From Bacteroidales bacterium (GTDB lineage Bacteria; Bacteroidota; Bacteroidia; Bacteroidales; M50B96), in NCBI GenBank assembly GCA_021740905.1, contig JAIOYV010000002.1, positions 68,512-132,511 on the forward strand: DNA of 64,000 nt, read 5' to 3'. Position 1 is the first letter of the stretch. Every line of letters starts with the position of its first letter. Below the pieces are notes generated by a model. That model had not been told where the DNA came from and made no database searches. It was given only the letters and a program-made list of their open reading frames with translations. Of this stretch, positions 58,278 through 64,000 are shown piece after piece. Made by a program: the position numbers and the translations under genes.

Positions 58278-60188
58278 ATGATGAGGGAATATATTGGCAG
58301 GATCAAACTATTGGCAAAACGGGTTTTCCTGTTGTTGATTGCTTATCAGTTTGCACGACTGTTCTTCTTTCTGGTAAACTACAGCTATTTCTCGACATCC
58401 ACGACAAGCGATATACTTTCTGTTTTTTTTTATGGGATACGATTCGACTATGCTACCATAGTTTATTACAACGGGGTATTCCTTCTGTTGAGCATCCTGC
58501 CTTTCGACTTCCTCGATCGGAGACCCTGGCAAACCTTTCTGAAAAGCATTTACGTTTTTGTTAATTCACTTTTGCTGATGGCCGATATGGGCGATGCCGT
58601 GTATTTCCGGTTTTCGAACAAACGCACCACCGCCGATTTCTTTTCTGCCACCGGCCCTTTCGAAGATTTCCTAATTCTATTGCCAAAATACCTGAGCGAC
58701 TTTTGGTTTGTGCCCGTTACCGCAATCATTTTGGTTGTATTGTTGATCGTTTTTTATCCAAAAAATAAAAAATACCGCGTCCATAAGATCGAGAGGCCAC
58801 CAACGACCTTATTTCAGTATGCCGTGATTTGGTTTGCCTTCTTGATCACATCCAGTTCCATTTACTTTCTGGCCCGTGGTTTTAGCTTGAAACCCATACG
58901 TATAATAACTGCAGCCGAATATGCCGAAGCAAGCAATATCCCCCTGGTTCTGACTACCGGGTTTAGCATAATTACCACCCTTTCGAGCGAAGATCTGCCA
59001 CAGTTTAATTTCTTTAACTCAGTAGAACTCGAAGCCAATTATCCTATCCGGAAAGATTTTTCGCATCAAGGCAGTTTTCGAAAGATGAATGTGGTGGTGA
59101 TAATTATGGAGAGCTTTGGCAAAGAATACGTAGGCTCCTTTAACCATTCGCGTGGATATACCCCTTTCCTCGATTCCCTGTTGAAAAAGGGGACAAACTG
59201 CCGTAATGCTTTCGCCTGCGGTCGAAAGTCGATTGAGGCGCTGCCTGCAATTTTATCAGGGATACCTGCCCTTTCGCCAACCCCTTTTATTACAAGCCAG
59301 TTTGCCTCGAACGAGATTTCGGGGATCCCCTATTTGTTGCGACAAGAAGGCTATCATACTTCCTTTTTTCATGGGGGAAGGAAAGGGACAATGGGGTTCG
59401 ACTATTTTGCAAACCTTGCCGGGATCGAGCATTATTTCAGCATGGAAGATTACCCTAACGAGGAGGGCTTCGATGGCAACTGGGGGATTTTCGATGAAGA
59501 ATATTTTCAATATTTCAGCCAAAAACTGACCTCCTTTTCGCAGCCATTTTTTAGTTGTATCTTCAGTTTATCGTCGCACCACCCTTACCGGATACCTGAA
59601 AAATATAGGGGCAGGTTTTTGCCCGGGCAGCTCGACATCCACGAAAGTGTGCAGTATGCTGATTATGCCCTCAAGCGGTTTTTCGAATCGGCCAGCAAAG
59701 AGGATTGGTTTGCGAACACCCTGTTTGTAGTTACAGCCGACCATACTTCGTTGACCGAGATGAGGAAATATCAGACCAGTTCGGGGGCTTACGAGGTTCC
59801 TTTGCTTTTGTATCATCAGACGGATAGTACAATGCCGGCCAAAATCGAAACCTATTGTTCGCACATCGATATCTTTCCTTCGGTTATGGACTATCTAAAT
59901 TATCCATACCCCTTTTTAAGTTTTGGCCAGAGTTTTCTGGAAACTTCGCCCACTAATGCCGTTACTACATATATCAATAGTGGTTATCAATATATTGCAC
60001 ATGGGAAGTATATCTTTTTTGACGGTGAGAATTTCACCCTTGTTTATGACCTTGTTAATGATACCCTTCTCCAGACAAATCTAATTGACAAGCCTGAAAT
60101 TATTTCGGAGGTAGACAAGCTGAAATTCAAAGCCATCCTACAATCCTATACCGAAAGGATGGCACAGAATAAAATGGTATTGAAATAG
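58278..60188 (+). CDS. LTA synthase family / sulfatase-like membrane protein
   Basis: N-terminal TMs; NVVVIIMESF, GYTPFLDSL, SSHHPY, VTADH, SHIDIFPS. Confidence 0.88.
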   Translation: MMREYIGRIKLLAKRVFLLLIAYQFARLFFFLVNYSYFSTSTTSDILSVFFYGIRFDYATIVYYNGVFLLLSILPFDFLDRRPWQTFLKSIYVFVNSLLLMADMGDAVYFRFSNKRTTADFFSATGPFEDFLILLPKYLSDFWFVPVTAIILVVLLIVFYPKNKKYRVHKIERPPTTLFQYAVIWFAFLITSSSIYFLARGFSLKPIRIITAAEYAEASNIPLVLTTGFSIITTLSSEDLPQFNFFNSVELEANYPIRKDFSHQGSFRKMNVVVIIMESFGKEYVGSFNHSRGYTPFLDSLLKKGTNCRNAFACGRKSIEALPAILSGIPALSPTPFITSQFASNEISGIPYLLRQEGYHTSFFHGGRKGTMGFDYFANLAGIEHYFSMEDYPNEEGFDGNWGIFDEEYFQYFSQKLTSFSQPFFSCIFSLSSHHPYRIPEKYRGRFLPGQLDIHESVQYADYALKRFFESASKEDWFANTLFVVTADHTSLTEMRKYQTSSGAYEVPLLLYHQTDSTMPAKIETYCSHIDIFPSVMDYLNYPYPFLSFGQSFLETSPTNAVTTYINSGYQYIAHGKYIFFDGENFTLVYDLVNDTLLQTNLIDKPEIISEVDKLKFKAILQSYTERMAQNKMVLK

Positions 60189-60190
60189 GT

Positions 60191-61600
60191 TTACCTCTCC
60201 TCAATCCTTTCATAAGCCCCTATGTCAGCACCTCCGTCAGCCAGGCGGCTGTTCCCTTTTATATCGTACGGATAAAATGTAGCGGTTGTATAGTCGGCAA
60301 CATTTTTGGCGGCAGATAGGGTGTCGAGTTCGAGGTTCCCATTAAAGGGGTTCAGAAAATTCGGGTCTTCGTTCACAAGGCAATTAATCTGGCGATTGTC
60401 GGGCAAAACGGTGTCGGTTTTTAGCAAACAGTTCTCGAACCGGTAATTGAACATTTCTTGTGATGAAAATTTATACATATCGAGGCCAATTTCATTTTCG
60501 CGGTTGCCATAGATAATGCAATTGGCAAAATAGGCATTCTCGATGGGCCTGATATGGATATTTTCGTTCACGTCTTCGTAATAGTTGTTTATTATTACAG
60601 AGGGTGTGACCCGGTTCGAGTATGACCAATAATTCCCGAAGGTGCAATGGTAAAATTGGTAATCGCCCCCAATGGCCAGGGCAGCCGAATACTGCCCACA
60701 GTTGCTGAATACACAATTCGAAGCCTGAATTTTAGCTCCCTGGGCATACAGCCCGACTGCATTCATATTTTCAATTTTAGTATTGGAAATCACAAGGGTA
60801 GGGGCGGTGTTAAAAAAAGTATCGACCTGGATACCAATAATGGCATTCTTGATTACGGCATAATCAATTTCGTTGTCGTGGCTTCCCGATACTAGGTGGA
60901 TATATCCCCATTGCCCCGGCACATCATCGTACATGTATTCTAAACGGTCACCCTGGAATACCACCGGGTTATTCACTGATCCTTTTACAATTAAAGTCCC
61001 CAATACATACAAACTTGCCTGATGATGAAAATGCAATTGGCAGCCTTCTTCAATGGTCAAAGTTTGAAGCGAATCTACCACTATGTAATCGAAAATAAGA
61101 TAGGGCAACTCAGCAGTCCAAGTTTGCGTGGTAAGAAATTCTCTTTTTTTCAGGATATAATCCTGTCCAAAAGCGATCACTTTAACTTGCTGTTCAGAAT
61201 CGTGCACCCTGAATAGGATGGAGTCTTCACGCACCATTGGCAAATTCTCGTGAGTCGAATCAGTCGAAACTTCAACAAAAATAAAAATACTGTCCTTACC
61301 CCTTATTTCCATATCCTCAACAGTATTCGCTACAATTCCGTTTACATTTAGGCGAAAAATCGAATTATCGCCTCCGGCCAGTTTAATTTCATCTATGGTA
61401 ATAGTGCCATTCTCCGGGTTCTTTACAGTGAAACGTTTGGTGGTCGACCCAATTTCTGTAAACACGGTGTCGAACATTATCGTATCCGTCGAGAATTCGA
61501 GAGTTATGTCCTTATTGTTAATTACATTTTCCTTTTGGCAGGAAAAAAGAATCGCAAGAACCGGAATCAAAATTATGCTAAATCTTTTCAAAGTCTTCAT
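60191..61600 (-). CDS. Lipoprotein with right-handed beta-helix repeats
   Basis: Lipobox LFSC, FSTDTIMFDTVF, PGQWG, C-terminal DIGAYE; ATG 61600. Confidence 0.78.
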   Translation of the reverse strand: MKTLKRFSIILIPVLAILFSCQKENVINNKDITLEFSTDTIMFDTVFTEIGSTTKRFTVKNPENGTITIDEIKLAGGDNSIFRLNVNGIVANTVEDMEIRGKDSIFIFVEVSTDSTHENLPMVREDSILFRVHDSEQQVKVIAFGQDYILKKREFLTTQTWTAELPYLIFDYIVVDSLQTLTIEEGCQLHFHHQASLYVLGTLIVKGSVNNPVVFQGDRLEYMYDDVPGQWGYIHLVSGSHDNEIDYAVIKNAIIGIQVDTFFNTAPTLVISNTKIENMNAVGLYAQGAKIQASNCVFSNCGQYSAALAIGGDYQFYHCTFGNYWSYSNRVTPSVIINNYYEDVNENIHIRPIENAYFANCIIYGNRENEIGLDMYKFSSQEMFNYRFENCLLKTDTVLPDNRQINCLVNEDPNFLNPFNGNLELDTLSAAKNVADYTTATFYPYDIKGNSRLADGGADIGAYERIEER

Positions 61601-61891
61601 ACTAAAAATTAAAAGCTCAAAAATAACAATAATACCCCAATAGCATCCCCGAAAATATTTCCCTTCGGCTAATCGGAATAATACCATTGATGATAGGCAT
61701 AACGAAGCAGTAGGGGGCAAATTATCGGCGATGTGTAAAATATTCAATGTCCACCATCCTATGATTGGGTGAAATATTGGAAGGTGTAATTTATAATGGA
61801 TAAAAATTTCAAAAAAAACTTCTAATTCTTTTTCTATTTAGAAAATGAAAATACCTTTGTTGGAAACATTTTTAACTTAAAATTAAATACA

Positions 61892-62059
61892 ATGGCTTAC
61901 GTAATTAATGATGATTGTACTGCATGTGGTACATGTATAGACGAATGTCCGGTTGAAGCAATCGCAGAAGGTGATATCTATGTTATCGATCCAGACGAGT
62001 GTACTGATTGTGGAGCATGTGCTGATGTATGTCCGGTTGAAGCAATACATCCTGCTTAA
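61892..62059 (+). CDS. Clostridial-type 2[4Fe-4S] ferredoxin, 55 aa (not in ORF track)
   Basis: MAYVINDDCTACGTCIDECPVEAIAEGDIYVIDPDECTDCGACADVCPVEAIHPA; TACCTTTG box upstream and terminator downstream. Confidence 0.96.
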   Translation: MAYVINDDCTACGTCIDECPVEAIAEGDIYVIDPDECTDCGACADVCPVEAIHPA

Positions 62060-62088
62060 TTGGATTAATTATTTTTTTTGAAAATATA

Positions 62089-62117
62089 AGAGCCTGCAAC
62101 TATTGCGGGCTTTTTTA
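62089..62117 (+). terminator. Intrinsic terminator after ferredoxin
   Basis: agcctgcaa-cta-ttgcgggct followed by a T-tract. Confidence 0.8.
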
Positions 62118-62236
62118 TTCTTTAAACCTTAGTAGCCAGATTTGCCCCCCTGTAAAACAAACTTTCATCGTATCAAACCAAAAAAATAGTATTTTTGGAT
62201 GGCATAGTTCTTGGAACTAGTGCAAAAAATTTAACA

Positions 62237-62851
62237 ATGAAAACCATACTTGTTCAAATATCAGTTTTGTTTTTGCTGATGATAGCATTGCCGGGATCGG
62301 CACAAAATGTCCAGGACAAAGATTTCTTTATACATGGCGATATATTATATGCCGACTCGATTCCCTCAAAGGTGTTGGATGAAGTTATCATCGAAGGAAA
62401 ATATACCTGGAAACAACGTAGGCAGATGAGGCGCTACGACAAGCTCATGCGCAAGGTCTTGAAAGTGTATCCGTATGCAAGAATTGCGAACGAGCGAATC
62501 ACAAACATCGAAAAAAGCATGAGCCTTTTCGAAACCGAAAGGGAGCGCAAAAAATATGTGGCCATGCAGGAAGAAAGGCTTCGAAAAGAATTTGAAAAAG
62601 AACTTGTTAAGCTTACATTTTCCGAAGGTCGCATCCTTATCAAATTAATTGACCGCGAAACAGGCAATACATCGTACGAGCTTATCAAGCAGCTTCGAGG
62701 AAACCTTTCTGCATTTTTCTGGCAATCGATTGCACGTCTGTTTGGCTCCGACCTAAAAGACGAATACGACCCTGACAACGAAGACATAATGATCGAGAAT
62801 ATCATTGTCCGCATCGAAAGTGGTGAGTTGAAAGTAGCCAGTAGGCAGTAG
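62237..62851 (+). CDS. DUF4294 family protein
   Basis: KVYPYA, LTFSEGRILIKLIDRETG.TSYELIK, AFFWQSIARLFG.DLK.EYDP. Confidence 0.88.
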   Translation: MKTILVQISVLFLLMIALPGSAQNVQDKDFFIHGDILYADSIPSKVLDEVIIEGKYTWKQRRQMRRYDKLMRKVLKVYPYARIANERITNIEKSMSLFETERERKKYVAMQEERLRKEFEKELVKLTFSEGRILIKLIDRETGNTSYELIKQLRGNLSAFFWQSIARLFGSDLKDEYDPDNEDIMIENIIVRIESGELKVASRQ

Positions 62852-62941
62852 GTATACCCTACGGAGCTTTAGCAAAGGAGGGCAGTCGCCAGTCGCCAGT
62901 TCTCAGTCCCCCATCCCGCAACTTTTTGTAGGTTGAGACAG

Positions 62942-63024
62942 CACCACAATTTATTATGGTGATTTTACGGCATACACACAATTTATCGTGGCGATTTTGC
63001 CGCATCACACAATTTATTGTGGTG
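62942..63024. repeat. ~31-bp tandem repeat of small palindromes (about 2.6 units)
   Basis: caccacaatttattatggtg / cacacaatttatcgtggcg / cacacaatttattgtggtg with similar linkers attttacggcata, attttgccgcat. Confidence 0.7.
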
Positions 63025-63030
63025 TTTTTG

Positions 63031-63687
63031 TTAAGTCATTCCCAAAACCTCCCTCACCACGTTATCTGCCCCTTCCGCGATTTGAAGAATGTTTGCGTCG
63101 AGCATATAGCAGGGCGTAGTTGCAACCTTGTACTCTTCATCAACGATTACTTCACCATGTGTGGTTTCATGATGAACTGCGCCCAGTGACTCAATAACTT
63201 CGGCTGTGTCGCCATCCTGGCCAATCGTTATGCCAATGTTTGGGAACATTTTGGCAAGGATGACCGGGGCAATGCACAATGCGCCGATCGGTTTTTTGGC
63301 CTTCACAGTATCGCCTATTGCTTTTTCAACATCGGGGTTTATGTTCATGTCGGTGCCTGCAAAAGCAAAATTCGATAAGTTTTTCGCGGCTCCAAATCCT
63401 CCGGGCAAAATCAGGGCATCAAATTCAGAAGCATCATATTCCTTTAGGTTTTTGACAGCACCCCTGGCAATACGGGCCGATTCTACCAAAACATTCCGCT
63501 CCTCTGCCATTTCTTCGCCAGTGAGGTGGTTTACCACATGAGCCTGTTTCACATCGGGGGCAAAGATTTCGTAAGTCGCGCCCTGTTTCATAATAGAATA
63601 AAGTGTCAGGGTGGCCTCATGAATTTCGGCCCCATCATATACGCCACAGCCGGAAAGGATTACAGCTAATTTTTTTGGATTGCTCAT
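63031..63687 (-). CDS. elbB: ElbB/ES1 glyoxalase (DJ-1/PfpI family)
   Basis: AVILSGCGVYDGAEIHEA, RNVLVESARIARG, PGGFGAAKNLS, LCIAP, TTPCYM. Confidence 0.93.
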   Translation of the reverse strand: MSNPKKLAVILSGCGVYDGAEIHEATLTLYSIMKQGATYEIFAPDVKQAHVVNHLTGEEMAEERNVLVESARIARGAVKNLKEYDASEFDALILPGGFGAAKNLSNFAFAGTDMNINPDVEKAIGDTVKAKKPIGALCIAPVILAKMFPNIGITIGQDGDTAEVIESLGAVHHETTHGEVIVDEEYKVATTPCYMLDANILQIAEGADNVVREVLGMT

Positions 63688-63771
63688 ATCTATTTCGATT
63701 TTAGTTTTAATCCTCTAAAGTAAGATTTTTTATAGTTTTGGTCAAGTATATTTTTTCAACAAAAACAAAGA

Positions 63772-64000
63772 ATGATAAGGACATTTATTGGGATAAAGCT
63801 AAATGCTAGTGATGCGCTATCTGACTGCTGTAAGGATATTCAACGAGGATTGAAGGGTGAGGGCATAAATTGGGTGAAACCTGATAACTTCCATCTTACC
63901 CTCAAGTTTCTTGGCAAAACTAGCGAAGCACAGATTCTTCAAGTGATAGAATCATTAAGAGAAGTGACAGCAAGACTCTTTTCTTTTTCATTCCAACTAA
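63772..64000 (+). CDS. thpR: RNA 2',3'-cyclic phosphodiesterase (2H family), 3' truncated by window edge
   Basis: MIRTFIGIKL...WVKPDNFHLTLKFLG (first HxT motif); frame open to the end of the window. Confidence 0.85.
   Translation, partial: MIRTFIGIKLNASDALSDCCKDIQRGLKGEGINWVKPDNFHLTLKFLGKTSEAQILQVIESLREVTARLFSFSFQL

Noticed and set aside
61713..62150. Inverted repeat gggggcaaat/atttgccccc flanking the ferredoxin as transposon ends
   Set aside because: Only 10 bp, no target duplication or transposase; compatible with chance
62942..63024. Possible mini CRISPR array
   Set aside because: Units are ~19 nt and degenerate, linkers are 12-13 nt and similar to each other, and no cas genes are present; it is a tandem repeat

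Overview
Bacteroidota (probably anaerobic Bacteroidales-like) chromosomal segment. The assignment rests on TAnnTTTG promoter boxes, T9SS-type C-termini, a Reg_prop/Y_Y_Y kinase, DUF3127, DUF4294 and PorT-like proteins. About 53 CDS; no rRNA, tRNA, CRISPR array or intact mobile element seen. Main blocks: (1) redox operon NuoF/HydB-like (partial) + NuoG-like protein with a degenerate Mo-domain + NfnAB; (2) decayed remnants (RAYT-like transposase fragment, internally deleted YhcG/DUF1016); (3) gltP-small Cys protein-nucleotidyltransferase-AlkD operon, acyl-synthetase/ACP/PlsC fusion, ECF sigma, clpB; (4) a tightly coupled synthase-type polysaccharide locus: TPR/beta-barrel, GT2 synthase, rfbF, rfbG, SDR, T9SS repeat protein, GH26; (5) citrate synthase, orphan sensor kinase, TamB, PPIases, guaA; (6) ars operon arsR-arsC-arsM-DMT-acr3; (7) DPP-IV, an amber-interrupted FISUMP gene, ABC/GntR operon, kdsA, LTA-synthase-like sulfatase, ferredoxin, elbB, thpR (partial). 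Best candidates for something new: the CDP-sugar-linked GT2/GH26 polysaccharide locus, the Bfu-type + NfnAB operon, and two 124-bp ERIC-like elements 55 kb apart that keep their loop motifs while their stems differ but still pair. All calls are from motif reading by eye; no database searches were run.
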